Source of the DNA: Phycisphaerae bacterium
GTDB taxonomy: Bacteria; Planctomycetota; Phycisphaerae; SM23-33
DNA length: 64,000 nt
Direction: 5' to 3'
Assembly: GCA_016931655.1 (NCBI GenBank)
Contig: JAFGEJ010000200.1
Coordinates: 6,015 to 70,014, forward strand
This document shows, in pieces, positions 18,903 to 28,237 of this stretch; position 1 is the first letter of the stretch, and every line of letters begins with the position of its first letter. Under the pieces are notes generated by a model. That model saw only the letters and a list, made by a program, of their open reading frames with translations. It searched no databases and was not told the origin of the DNA. A program made the position numbers and the translations under genes.

Positions 18903-20300
18903 ATGTATCGAACGGACGACACGATTGCCGCCATTTCTTCGGCGGCCGGCTCGGGCGCTCGGGCGCTGGTGCGCCTTTCCGGGCCGGAGGCTGTGGCGCT
19001 GGCGGAAAAGCTGTTTTTCCCCGCCGACGGGCGGCTGGCGGACCTGGGGGGATTTCGATTCGCCGACGGGCGCGTGCGGATTTCAGGCCTGCCGGGCGAA
19101 CCGCTGGAGACGCCCGCTCGAGCGTATGTCTTTCGCGCCCCGCAGAGCTATACGCGCCAGGACGTCGTGGAAGTGCATCTGCCCGGCTGTTCCGCCCTTG
19201 CGCGGGCGCTGCTGGAGGCGTTCCAGGCCGCCGGCGCACGGCAGGCGGAACCGGGCGAATTCACGCTGCGGGCCTTTCTCCACGGGCGGATCGATCTTTC
19301 GCGGGCCGAGGCCGTCGCCGACGTGATCCACGCCGCCGACGAGACTCGCTTGCGGGCGTCGCTGGCGGCGCTGGGGGGTGAAGTTCACCGCCGCACGGGT
19401 CGGTCCGCCGAGGCAATTGCCGAAGCCCTCGCGACGGTGGAGGCGTCCATCGACCTGGCGGAGGAGAATCTGCAACTGGCCCAGCCGGGCGAACTGGCGG
19501 GAATTCTGCACGCCGAGGCGAAGACGTTACGCGGCATCGCCGAGACGGCGCTGCATCTGCCCGACGCCGCGGAAACGCCCACCGTTGTTTTGGCGGGCCG
19601 GCCCAACGTGGGCAAAAGCTCCCTGCTCAACGCCCTGACCGGCTGCGATCGCGCGATTACTTCCGCGCTGGCCGGCACGACGCGCGACGTGCTCAGCGCC
19701 CCGCTGGAACTGCCCGGCGGCGCGACGGTGGACCTGCTCGACGCGGCTGGGTTCGGCGCGACGGACGACGAACTGGCGACTGTGGCGAACAACGCCGCCG
19801 ACGCCGCCGTCGCGCGGGCCGACGTGGTCTGCTTCGTTACCGACGCCGACGCGTCGCGCGACGACGACGAACTGCTGGAGCGCCTTGGTAGAGTCAATCC
19901 GTCCGCCCCTCTGCTGCGGCTGCGGAGCAAGTGCGACCGTCCGGCGACTTCGGTAAAGCAGCCGGCGGGCGATTCGGCGATCCTTCTGACTTCCGCTCAT
20001 ACCGGCGAGGGCTTACCGGCTGTCAAACAGCGGCTGGCGGAACTGCTGCACCTGGAGGCGCAGCGCTCCGGCGAGGCCCTGGGCCTGCACGACCGCCAGC
20101 GCCGCTGCCTGCACGCCGCCGCGGAGGCCTGCCGGGCCGCCGGCAATCTGCTTTCGCGGGCGATAACCGTCGCCGATACGGCTGAGCTGACGGCCCTCGA
20201 ACTGCGCGAAGCCCTGCGACACCTCGGAGGGATTTCCGGGCAGGTCGTTACCGAAGATATCCTCGGAAAAATCTTCGCCCGGTTCTGCGTGGGAAAGTAA
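18903..20300 (+). CDS. mnmE: tRNA modification GTPase MnmE (TrmE)
   Basis: Start at MYRTDDTIAAISSAAG. G-domain GRPNVGKSSLLNALTG. C-terminal ...ILGKIFARFCVGK, the conserved CxGK tail. Confidence 0.9.
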   Translation: MYRTDDTIAAISSAAGSGARALVRLSGPEAVALAEKLFFPADGRLADLGGFRFADGRVRISGLPGEPLETPARAYVFRAPQSYTRQDVVEVHLPGCSALARALLEAFQAAGARQAEPGEFTLRAFLHGRIDLSRAEAVADVIHAADETRLRASLAALGGEVHRRTGRSAEAIAEALATVEASIDLAEENLQLAQPGELAGILHAEAKTLRGIAETALHLPDAAETPTVVLAGRPNVGKSSLLNALTGCDRAITSALAGTTRDVLSAPLELPGGATVDLLDAAGFGATDDELATVANNAADAAVARADVVCFVTDADASRDDDELLERLGRVNPSAPLLRLRSKCDRPATSVKQPAGDSAILLTSAHTGEGLPAVKQRLAELLHLEAQRSGEALGLHDRQRRCLHAAAEACRAAGNLLSRAITVADTAELTALELREALRHLGGISGQVVTEDILGKIFARFCVGK

Positions 20301-20420
20301 GAATTGGGGACTAGGGACTAGGGACTGGGCAAGTCCCGTGCGAGGAGTATTTTCTTCTGGGAATACCTTTTGATGTCTTGCCAGTGGACATCTTTTGGGC
20401 GGGACGCTATATCCAAGGCC

Positions 20421-21872
20421 ATGAAGAAGCAGATGTATCGAGCGGTATGGATACTTTCGGCGGTTTTCGCCGTCCTGACGGCTGGGGCGCGGGCGCAAAA
20501 TTTACCCGAAAGCCGTCCGGCCGTCGCGGACAATCTCGCCCGGCTGGTCGAGGCGTTTGAGCGGGCAAACAAAGCTCGCGTGGGCGTTTCGGTGGTCGAT
20601 CTGCGGACGGGTCAGCCGATCTTCGCTCATCGGCAAGGCGAGGCGATGATCCCGGCCAGCAACCAGAAGATTCTGGCCGCCGCCTTCGCCCTGGATCGCC
20701 TGGGGCCACAGGGCGTGTTTGCCACGGCGGTATACGCAGCCGGGCGCGACATCGTCGTAACCGGCCAATACGATCCGCTGCTGGGCGATCCGATCCTGGC
20801 GCGACGCGAGGGAAAAAGCATCTACGCCGAACTCGATCGCTGGGCCGAGGCGGTCCGCGCCGCGTATGGCGAGGCGATTCCCGGCGACCTGATCCTGGCC
20901 AGCCGGTCCACGTCGGCGGGTCTTCATCCGCCGGCCTGGCCTGTGCGTCATCACGGCCGCTGGTACGGGGCGGCTGTGGCGGACCTGAACTTCCACGACA
21001 ACTGCTTCGACGTGACGTTCGTTGAACGGGACGGAACCATTCAGCCCGCCGTGGCGCCGGCGAGTCGATATATTCGCGTTCTCAGCGAGTTGAAGCTTCA
21101 GCCGAGGGGCCGGCACCTCTGGCGGCTGAGGGAATCGCCCGACGGCGCGACGTTGACACTCACGGGCCAAATCCGTGGCCCGGCTGCCGATCCGCTCAGC
21201 ACGCCGATGCGCGATCCCCGCATTACGCTGGGGCGCGTACTGGCGGGCCGACTGGCACAGGCGGGCGTTCGCGTCGGAGGGCAGTTGCGCATCCTGCCGG
21301 CGGACCGAGTGAATCTCGCCGGCGCTCGCCTGTTGGCCAAGAGCGAATCGACGCTCCGCGACGTTCTGCATCGCGCCAACAAGCGCAGCCTGAACCTGGC
21401 CGCCGAGTGCATGCTGCTCCGCGCCGGCGACGGCGCGTGGGCCGGCAGCGCACGGCAGATGCACGACGTGTTGGTGGAACGCTTCGGCCTGGACGCCCGA
21501 ACGCTGGCGATTCACGACGGGTCGGGGCTGGCGGAAGACAACCGCGTTACCAGCGGCGACCTGGCGAAGCTCCTGGCCGCCCTGAGCAATGGCCCATGGG
21601 CGGAGATGTTCCTGGCGAGCCTGCCCCGAAGCGGCGTGGACGGATCGCTGAAACGCCGGCTGAGGGAGGAACCGTATCGCGGGCGGATCGCCGCCAAGAC
21701 CGGAACCCTCGCCGGTGTCCGCACGCTCAGCGGATACGTCCTGGACGCGGGCGACGACAAAAAACCCGTTATCGCGTTTTCCATTCTCGCCAACGACCTG
21801 TCCAGCCGGGCGCAAGGCCTCGCCAAATCCCTCCAGGATCAACTCTGCCGGGAACTCGTGGACGCCAGATAA
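20421..21872 (+). CDS. dacB: D-Ala-D-Ala carboxypeptidase/endopeptidase, PBP4 / peptidase S13 family
   Basis: Signal peptide after MKKQMYRAVWILSAVFAVLTAGARA. SxxK motif ASNQK, KTG motif KTGTL. About 480 aa. The start could be the upstream ATG at 20370. Confidence 0.8.
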   Translation: MKKQMYRAVWILSAVFAVLTAGARAQNLPESRPAVADNLARLVEAFERANKARVGVSVVDLRTGQPIFAHRQGEAMIPASNQKILAAAFALDRLGPQGVFATAVYAAGRDIVVTGQYDPLLGDPILARREGKSIYAELDRWAEAVRAAYGEAIPGDLILASRSTSAGLHPPAWPVRHHGRWYGAAVADLNFHDNCFDVTFVERDGTIQPAVAPASRYIRVLSELKLQPRGRHLWRLRESPDGATLTLTGQIRGPAADPLSTPMRDPRITLGRVLAGRLAQAGVRVGGQLRILPADRVNLAGARLLAKSESTLRDVLHRANKRSLNLAAECMLLRAGDGAWAGSARQMHDVLVERFGLDARTLAIHDGSGLAEDNRVTSGDLAKLLAALSNGPWAEMFLASLPRSGVDGSLKRRLREEPYRGRIAAKTGTLAGVRTLSGYVLDAGDDKKPVIAFSILANDLSSRAQGLAKSLQDQLCRELVDAR

Positions 21873-21895
21873 ATTCTCAGAGCCTGTATGAAAAT

Positions 21896-21980
21896 GTGTC
21901 GCGGGCCTCTGGCCCGCGCGTATCGAGGGCGTCCCGCCCTCGGAAAGGTCCCATTTGCGCGGGTAAGATACCCGCGACAC
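21896..21980. terminator. Cluster of GC-rich hairpins between convergent dacB-like and secA-like genes, likely bidirectional terminators
   Basis: GCGGGCC-TCT-GGCCCGC, GAGGGCG-TC-CCGCCCTC and GCGCGGGTA-AGA-TACCCGCG stem-loops. Confidence 0.5.
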
Positions 21981-22007
21981 TTGAAAATGCACTTTTCATA
22001 CACGTTC

Positions 22008-23996
22008 TCAGTGCTCCCGGCCGGCGAAGCCGAGGTATTCGTCCAGCCAGTCGTCGTTTTTGAGCACGCCTTTTCGCTGACGCAGGGCCTGTCGCTCGGC
22101 CTTGCGCTGGGCGTGGTCGAAAAGGCGGCGATTCCACTTCGTGGAAATTTCTTCCATCGCCTGGCCGTGACGTTTGCGCAGCACGCCGGAAAAGTACGGC
22201 GTGTGTCGTTCGACGAGTTCGTCTTCCAGGCAGACGATCGCTTCGGCGCTGCCCGGATCGCCCTGGCGGGCGCAGCGGCCGAAGAGTTGCCGGTCGATGC
22301 GCCCGGCTTCGTGCCGTTCCGTGGCGATCACGTGCAGCCCGCCGAGTTCCGCCACGCCGCGCCCGAGTTTGATGTCCGTTCCACGCCCGGCCATGTTCGT
22401 CGCGACGGTAATTCGGCCGGACTGGCCGGCCTGGGCGACGATTTCCGCCTCTTCCTTGTGGCGCACGGCGTTGAGGATCTGGCAATCCAGTCCGCGGGCC
22501 TCCAGCAGTCGGCCGAGGTGCTCGCTGGCGCGCACGCTCCGCGTGCCGATCAGCACGGGCCGGCCCCGCCGGTGCATCGCCTCGATGCTCTCGACGATGG
22601 CGGTGAACTTGGCCTGTTCCGTCGCGAACACGCGGTCGGGCGCCTTGGTGCGAATGCAGGGGCGGTTCGTCGGGATCACCACGACGGGCATGTGATAGAT
22701 CTGCCAGAATTCCGCCCGGGCCTCAGCGGCGGTTCCCGTCATGCCGCACAGCCGGCGGTACAGCCGAAAGAACCGCTGGAAGCTGATCCGGGCGTAGGTG
22801 TCCTTCGGCGCCTGTACTTCCAGGTTTTCCTTGGCGCTGACGGCCTGGTGAAGTCCGTCGCGCCATTCGCGGTCGGGCATCAGTCGGCCGGTGAACTCAT
22901 CCACGATAACGACCTTTTCCTCCTGGATGACGTACTGCTTTTCGAGCTGGTAGAACACGCGGGCGGTCAGGGCCTGGTTGACGAGCTCCTCCCGCCGCCG
23001 CGCGCCGGCCCACACGCCGCCTAAGGGTCTGGCAAGCTCCGCGAGTTTTCGCCGCCCAGCCGGTGTGAATTCGACCTCCCGATAGCGCGGGTTGACCTTG
23101 TAGTGTTCCTTCGGTTCCAGTTGCGCCGCCAGTTTGGCCGCTTCGGTGAAGGCCTCCACCTGTTCGGCGTTGGGCGCTTCGCCGGAGATAATCAGGGGCG
23201 TGACGGCTTCGTCAATGAGAATCGAATCGACCTCGTCGACGATGGCGTAAAACAGGCTCCGCTGCACGAGGCGGTCCGTGCCCGATCCGGCGCCTTTGGC
23301 GATCTTCGCCAGCAGCGCCTCGGGCAGTGATTTGACCCGTCCCAGCGCCAGGCGGTCGCGGAGGTAGTCGGCGGAGACTTCCTTGTTCGTGCAGTAGGTG
23401 ATGTCGGCCTGGTAGGCCAGCTTGCGCTGCGGCGGGGGCGTTTCCTGCTCGAGGAAGTCGCACCGCAGCCCGCAGGTGCGATAGATGTTCCGCATGGTCT
23501 CCGCGTCGCGCTTGGCGAGGTAGTCGTTGGCGGTCACGACGTGGCAGCCCTGGCCTCGCCAGCCGGCGATGGTCGCCGGGAGGGTGGCGGTGAGGGTTTT
23601 GCCCTCGCCGGTGGCCATTTCAGCGATGCCGCCGTCGGCCATCACCAGCGCGCCGGCCACCTGCACGGGGAAGGGCTTCATGCCCACCTGGCGCTGGGCC
23701 GCCTCGCGGATCATCGCGTAGGCGTGGTCAAGGTGCTCGGCGGTGTCGCGTCCGCGGCGGAAGGCGACCCGCAAATCCTGGAGCTTTCCCCGCAAGGCCG
23801 CGTCGGCGAGGCTTTTGTATTGGTCTTCCAGGGCGACGATTCGCCGGGCTCGCGCGAGATACGACCTGGTGTGCAGCGTCAATCGCCGCGCCAGGCCGGC
23901 TGCGTGATCCCAGGTTGCATCCAGGCCCTTGGGCAATTCCTTGCCCCGGGGACTCCGCGAAAGCATCTGCCAGGTTGTACTTGCCGCGGTGGACAT
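22008..23996 (-). CDS. SecA-family ATPase paralog with NBD1, PPXD and NBD2 but a truncated helical scaffold and no wing domain or C-terminal tail
   Basis: 662 aa. N-terminus and motor motifs align to SecA (MKPFPVQVAGALVMADGGIAEMATGEGKTLTATLP...VVTANDYLAKRDAE...TNMAGRGTDIKLG...). Ends at ...HAQRKAERQALRQRKGVLKNDDWLDEYLG, which is where the HSD begins in E. coli SecA. Followed by terminator hairpins, not by a shifted continuation. Confidence 0.75.
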   Translation of the reverse strand: MSTAASTTWQMLSRSPRGKELPKGLDATWDHAAGLARRLTLHTRSYLARARRIVALEDQYKSLADAALRGKLQDLRVAFRRGRDTAEHLDHAYAMIREAAQRQVGMKPFPVQVAGALVMADGGIAEMATGEGKTLTATLPATIAGWRGQGCHVVTANDYLAKRDAETMRNIYRTCGLRCDFLEQETPPPQRKLAYQADITYCTNKEVSADYLRDRLALGRVKSLPEALLAKIAKGAGSGTDRLVQRSLFYAIVDEVDSILIDEAVTPLIISGEAPNAEQVEAFTEAAKLAAQLEPKEHYKVNPRYREVEFTPAGRRKLAELARPLGGVWAGARRREELVNQALTARVFYQLEKQYVIQEEKVVIVDEFTGRLMPDREWRDGLHQAVSAKENLEVQAPKDTYARISFQRFFRLYRRLCGMTGTAAEARAEFWQIYHMPVVVIPTNRPCIRTKAPDRVFATEQAKFTAIVESIEAMHRRGRPVLIGTRSVRASEHLGRLLEARGLDCQILNAVRHKEEAEIVAQAGQSGRITVATNMAGRGTDIKLGRGVAELGGLHVIATERHEAGRIDRQLFGRCARQGDPGSAEAIVCLEDELVERHTPYFSGVLRKRHGQAMEEISTKWNRRLFDHAQRKAERQALRQRKGVLKNDDWLDEYLGFAGREH

Positions 23997-24097
23997 GAAA
24001 AAGGGATTCTACCATACAGACACGGCGAGCACAGAGAGGATGTGAAAAAAGAATCGGCGAGGTGTGCGAAGATTTTATCTGGCATTTCACCCCGAAC

Positions 24098-24219
24098 TGT
24101 CATCCTGAGCGAAGGCCCGAACGAAGTGAGGGCCGCAGTCGAAGGATCTAAAGCCTCAAAAGCATCAGGTCCTTCGACTGCGGGGCTCGCTCTGCTCGCC
24201 CCTCCGCTCAGGATGACAA
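24098..24219. repeat. MITE/REP-like palindromic element, copy 2 of 3
   Basis: TGTCATCCTGAGCGAAGGCCCGAACGAAGTGAGG...GTCGAAGGATC ... GGTCCTTCGAC...CCGCTCAGGATGACAAT. Confidence 0.8.
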
Positions 24220-24280
24220 TCTATAGTATGGCCGCCAGATAAAATCCTCGCATACTTGGTGAATCGGCGAGATTTGTATA

Positions 24281-25801
24281 TCAGGGAGTTTGTTTTTCCC
24301 AATCCACCATCGCCCTGACCAATGCATCAATGGTGTGCGGCTGGGCGATGACGGTGGGTTCCACGTCCGCGGCGCGGAGCGCGTCGGCCGTCACGGGTCC
24401 GATAGCGGCGATCTTGCAGCCGGCTGGTTTTCCCGCCAGTGTGACGAAATTTTCCACCGTCGAGGACGACGTGAACGTGATCCAATCGACGCGCCCGGTC
24501 TGGAGGGCTTCCTGCGCGGCGGCGGGAAGACCGGCGGGGCGGCGAGTGCAATAGGCGATCACGTTTGTAACGTCGGCCCCGGCGGCGGAGAGAGTTTCAA
24601 CCAGTTCGCGCGGTGCGATGTCCGAGCGGGCAAGCAAAATCCGTTTTTTTGCCATGCCCTGCTCGATCATCGCCCGGCTGAGGGCGGCGGAGGTAAATTC
24701 TTCGGGTACAAGGTCCGCCCGCAGGCCGCCCGCCCGCAGCGCCCGGGCCGTCGCGTCGCCCAATGCGGCGATTCTCACGCCCGCCAGCGCGCGGGCGTCT
24801 CGCCCTGTCGCCGCCAGTCGCTCTAAAACCGCCTCCGCGCCGTTGGGACTGCTCAGCGCCAGCCAGTCGAATTCCGACAGCCGCCCCAAGGCCGCGTCCA
24901 GGTCGCCCCAGTCGTCCGGCGGTGTGATTTCGATGGCCGGCGCCTCGATGACTTCCGCGCCGTACTCCGCCAGAGCAGCCGACAACCGCGACGCCTGCCG
25001 GCGTGACCGCGTCACGAGCACGCATTTGCCCGCCAGCGGCAGGCGCTCGAACCAGCCCCATCGCCGCGACGTTTCCGTGGTCTTTCCGATGATCACAACC
25101 GCCGGGGCCTGGAGCGCCTCGGCTCGGGCGATCTCCGGCAGGGTCGCGAGCGTCGCGCGGATGGTCCGCTGATGCGGCGTTGTGGCGTTTTCCACCGCGA
25201 CGGCCGGCGTGTCGGGCGCCCTGCCGGCCTCCAGGAGACTTCGACAAATTTCCCCCAGCCGTCCCACGCCCATGTAGAACACCACCGTGTCAATGCCCGC
25301 CAGGGCTTTGTAGTTGACGGAGGAGGCTTCCTTCTCCGGGTCCTCGTGGCCGGTGACGAACGCCACGGTGGAGGCGAATCGACGGTCCGTCAGACTCACG
25401 CCCGCGTACGCGCCGGCTGCCAGGGCCGCCGTTACGCCCGGGACGATCCGAAACGCCAGTCCCGCTTCGCACAGGGCGTCGAGTTCTTCTCCGCCGCGGC
25501 CGAAGAGTAACGGATCGCCGCCCTTGAGCCGAACCGTAAGTTTCCCCTCGCGCACCTTCGCCGTCAGCAGGTCGTTGATCTGCTCCTGCGGAATGCTGTT
25601 GCGCGAGGGCGATTTGCCCACGTCGATTTTCTCCGCACTTTCCGGTGCGAGACTCAGCAGGGTCGGGTTCGCCAGGCGGTCGTAGATAACGCACTGGCAA
25701 CGCCTTAGCCACGCCTCGCCCTCGCGCGTGAGCAACCCTTCCGCCCCGGGGCCCGCCCCCAGGAGCACCGCCAGGCCGGTATTGTTCGGCGTGTTCGACA
25801 T
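24281..25801 (-). CDS. cobA-hemD: Bifunctional uroporphyrinogen-III C-methyltransferase / uroporphyrinogen-III synthase (CobA-HemD fusion)
   Basis: N-terminal SUMT domain (LGAGPGAEGLLT...GGDPLLFGRGGEE...), C-terminal HemD-like half. 506 aa. Confidence 0.8.
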   Translation of the reverse strand: MSNTPNNTGLAVLLGAGPGAEGLLTREGEAWLRRCQCVIYDRLANPTLLSLAPESAEKIDVGKSPSRNSIPQEQINDLLTAKVREGKLTVRLKGGDPLLFGRGGEELDALCEAGLAFRIVPGVTAALAAGAYAGVSLTDRRFASTVAFVTGHEDPEKEASSVNYKALAGIDTVVFYMGVGRLGEICRSLLEAGRAPDTPAVAVENATTPHQRTIRATLATLPEIARAEALQAPAVVIIGKTTETSRRWGWFERLPLAGKCVLVTRSRRQASRLSAALAEYGAEVIEAPAIEITPPDDWGDLDAALGRLSEFDWLALSSPNGAEAVLERLAATGRDARALAGVRIAALGDATARALRAGGLRADLVPEEFTSAALSRAMIEQGMAKKRILLARSDIAPRELVETLSAAGADVTNVIAYCTRRPAGLPAAAQEALQTGRVDWITFTSSSTVENFVTLAGKPAGCKIAAIGPVTADALRAADVEPTVIAQPHTIDALVRAMVDWEKQTP

Positions 25802-25961
25802 GGGGGCATTGTAGTGCTTCTCGCGGGCGGGGGCAAAAAATTCCCTTCGTACTTAAGTAATCCCTTTCCGACTCGACAATACGTATGACGGGTCGAAGAC
25901 GGCGTATCACGCTTACCGCCGCCGCGTTGCCGGCGGCGAGCCTGGATGGGACGGTTTTGAT

Positions 25962-26315
25962 ATGGAAACGCAAACAATGGTACAAACGGACGTGAAGGAA
26001 CGCCGACGGTATCCGCGACGGAGCTGGGACGCTCAACTGCAAAGCATTTACATCAATTCCGAGGGGCGGCGAATCATTGAAATGATCCATGTCGTGGACA
26101 TTTCCCGCGGCGGCCTGGGCGCCGTAACCCGCGATGAACACGAAGTGGGGGAGCATTTCGTACTCGGCCTGCCGGAACCCAGCGGCCGAACGCGCTACGT
26201 GCACGCCAAGGTCGTGCGATGCTGGAACGACAACGCCGGCCCGCACATCGGCATGCAGTTTACGGATATTCCCGCGGACCTGGGCTTCTGGCTCAACGTC
26301 TGCCTGGCCGCCTGA
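25962..26315 (+). CDS. PilZ-domain (c-di-GMP receptor) protein
   Basis: RRRYPRR ... DISRGGLG, the RxxxR / DxSxxG PilZ signature. 117 aa. Confidence 0.7.
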   Translation: METQTMVQTDVKERRRYPRRSWDAQLQSIYINSEGRRIIEMIHVVDISRGGLGAVTRDEHEVGEHFVLGLPEPSGRTRYVHAKVVRCWNDNAGPHIGMQFTDIPADLGFWLNVCLAA

Positions 26316-26977
26316 GGCCGGTGCGCGAACTTCCCTCCCGGACCCTCCGAGGCCCGACGCTCTTTGGATGATCTTTCCGGAGCACGTTCACTTCGACTTC
26401 GGATTTGCTTTCCCCTCCGGCACGTGTTTTTGGTCCGCGCCGTTCCCCGCGGACAGGGGTAACGGGATGTATGCGCATCGGAGGGAGCGCCACGGGGCTC
26501 CGATCCACGGAGCCCCGATGTTTTTTGGCTCATCCGGTTTTCGCGTGCGCGGTAGTGGGAGCATGGCGGGGTGAAAATCTCGGCGAGGCCCTTCCGCCCG
26601 CAAAATTTTTTAAAAAGTCCCCACCCGCCTGGTTCGCGGACTCACCCGATTTTCCGGTCTACCCGCCGAGATTTTCACCATCCCGCAACGAGCAAAACGC
26701 ATGGGTCTTGACTGAAAATTGGGGGCCGTCTTCGGCAACACAGGGGCTTTTGGTAAAAACATTTTCAGACAAAAGGGCCCCATGCGTTTTGCGACCAGGG
26801 GGAAATCATGCTGAACAATACACACCTCCGCGCACGCGAAAACCGGATAAGCCTGAAAAACCCCTTCTTTGCGCAAAGTTTTCCCCCGCCCATGCCGATG
26901 TACCATGTGGAATCGGCTAGGCGGCGTTCACGTATCCACGCGGGGTCCCGTTGGCGGACCCCAGAGGAAATCCGCAC

Positions 26978-27388
26978 ATGGCGACAGTGGAAGACATTCT
27001 AATGAGCAAGGGCCCGGACATTATCGTGGCGGATCCCTCCACCACGGTGCACGAGGCTACGGTTTTGATGTGCGAAGCCAACGTCGGGGCGGTGGTCATC
27101 AAGGAGCAAAACGAAGCGCGCGGCATTTTTACCGAACGCGACCTGCTTCGGCGGGTCGTCGTTCCCGGGCGCAACCCGGACCAGATTGAACTGCGCGAGG
27201 TAATGACCTCGCCCGTCCGCAGCGTCTCTTTGGGCGCCGACGTGCGGGAATGCAGGGAAATCTTCACAAGGGAACATCTCCGTCACCTGGCGGTCGTCGA
27301 AGAAGGCGCCCTATTGGGCATGATCAGCCTGCGCGACGTACTGGCGGTGGAAGTGGCGGAAGACGAGCAACTGCTCCAAGACCGATAA
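26978..27388 (+). CDS. CBS-pair domain protein
   Basis: Two CBS motifs (TVEDILMSKGPDIIVADPSTTVHEATVLMCEANVGAVVI.. and ..LREVMTSPVRSVSLGADVRECREIFTREHLRHLAVV). Start at MATVED chosen; the alternative is ATG 26951. Confidence 0.7.
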   Translation: MATVEDILMSKGPDIIVADPSTTVHEATVLMCEANVGAVVIKEQNEARGIFTERDLLRRVVVPGRNPDQIELREVMTSPVRSVSLGADVRECREIFTREHLRHLAVVEEGALLGMISLRDVLAVEVAEDEQLLQDR

Positions 27389-27645
27389 GCAGGCGGGATT
27401 CCGGTAATCGGAACCCCTTGCCACATCTTTGGATACCGCCTCGGGGGTGTCGGGGTGACATCCCCGCCGCGCCGCGCGAGACGTTCGGAACAGAAAAATC
27501 CCGTTTCGCGGGAATTACAAGAAATATGGAATTCTCGGACTATTCCTGCTTGACATAAAAAGGAATAACGCGATATCTTAAGTTTGCAGCCGTATCTTCA
27601 GCCAGCCCGAGTAAAATTCCGTTTCTGGTTTAAGGAGTGTGTCCA

Positions 27646-28215
27646 TTGGCGGCGAAAGCAACGAATTTATCGACCTTCGCGATCGCGGAGTTGCTGCACG
27701 TGGACCCGGGGTCCGTGGCGAACTGGATTGATCAGGGGTTACTCAAGGCGCATCGCACTCCCGGCGGGCACCGGCGCGTGCAGGTGGACGACCTGGTCAA
27801 GTTTCTTCGTGAGCACAAGATGCCCATCCCCGCGGAGCTGGACACGACGCCCATTCGTGTTCTGGTCGTGGACGACGAGGAAGGCGTCGCCAAGCTCATC
27901 GCACGGGCTCTCCGGGCGCAGTTTCCCAATTTCGAGGTCGTCGAAGCCAACGACGGATTCCGCGCCGGCACAACGATCGCCACCATTCATCCGGACGTGG
28001 TGATTCTCGATCTGCGCATGCCCGGCATGGACGGCTACGAGGTCTGCCGCATGATCAAGGCCCAGGACGCCACGCGCCACGCCGAGGTCATCGCGATGAC
28101 GGCCTTCCCTTCGCCCGAAAGCGAGCAGCGCATTCTCGACTGCGGCGCACGGGTGTGCCTCTCCAAGCCTCTGGACCTGGACAGCCTGCTGAAGGAAGTC
28201 GAAAAGTCGCTGTAG
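27646..28215 (+). CDS. Response regulator with N-terminal excisionase/MerR-type HTH and C-terminal receiver domain
   Basis: LSTFAIAELLHVDPGSVANWIDQGLLKAHRTPGGHRRVQVDDL is an HTH_17-like motif. It is followed by RVLVVDDEEG...ILDLRMPGMDGYEV...IAMTA, a receiver domain. Start probably TTG 27646, 8 nt after AAGGAG; GTG 27637 overlaps the SD. Confidence 0.65.
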   Translation: MAAKATNLSTFAIAELLHVDPGSVANWIDQGLLKAHRTPGGHRRVQVDDLVKFLREHKMPIPAELDTTPIRVLVVDDEEGVAKLIARALRAQFPNFEVVEANDGFRAGTTIATIHPDVVILDLRMPGMDGYEVCRMIKAQDATRHAEVIAMTAFPSPESEQRILDCGARVCLSKPLDLDSLLKEVEKSL

Positions 28216-28237
28216 GCGCCTCCGCCAGGCTCGCGTT

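Noticed and set aside
20310-20335. Short tandem repeat GGGACTA x3 after mnmE
   Set aside because: Too short to be a CRISPR or VNTR locus. It is probably part of the mnmE terminator (GGGACTGGGCAAGTCCC hairpin).
20502-21992. 496-aa minus-strand ORF opposite dacB-like gene; 378-aa plus-strand ORF opposite secA-like gene
   Set aside because: Antisense to genes with clear catalytic motifs.
27550-27579. TTGACA-17-ATATCT sigma70-like promoter upstream of the HTH-receiver regulator
   Set aside because: The -10 is a weak match and planctomycete promoter consensus is uncertain. Kept only as a note.
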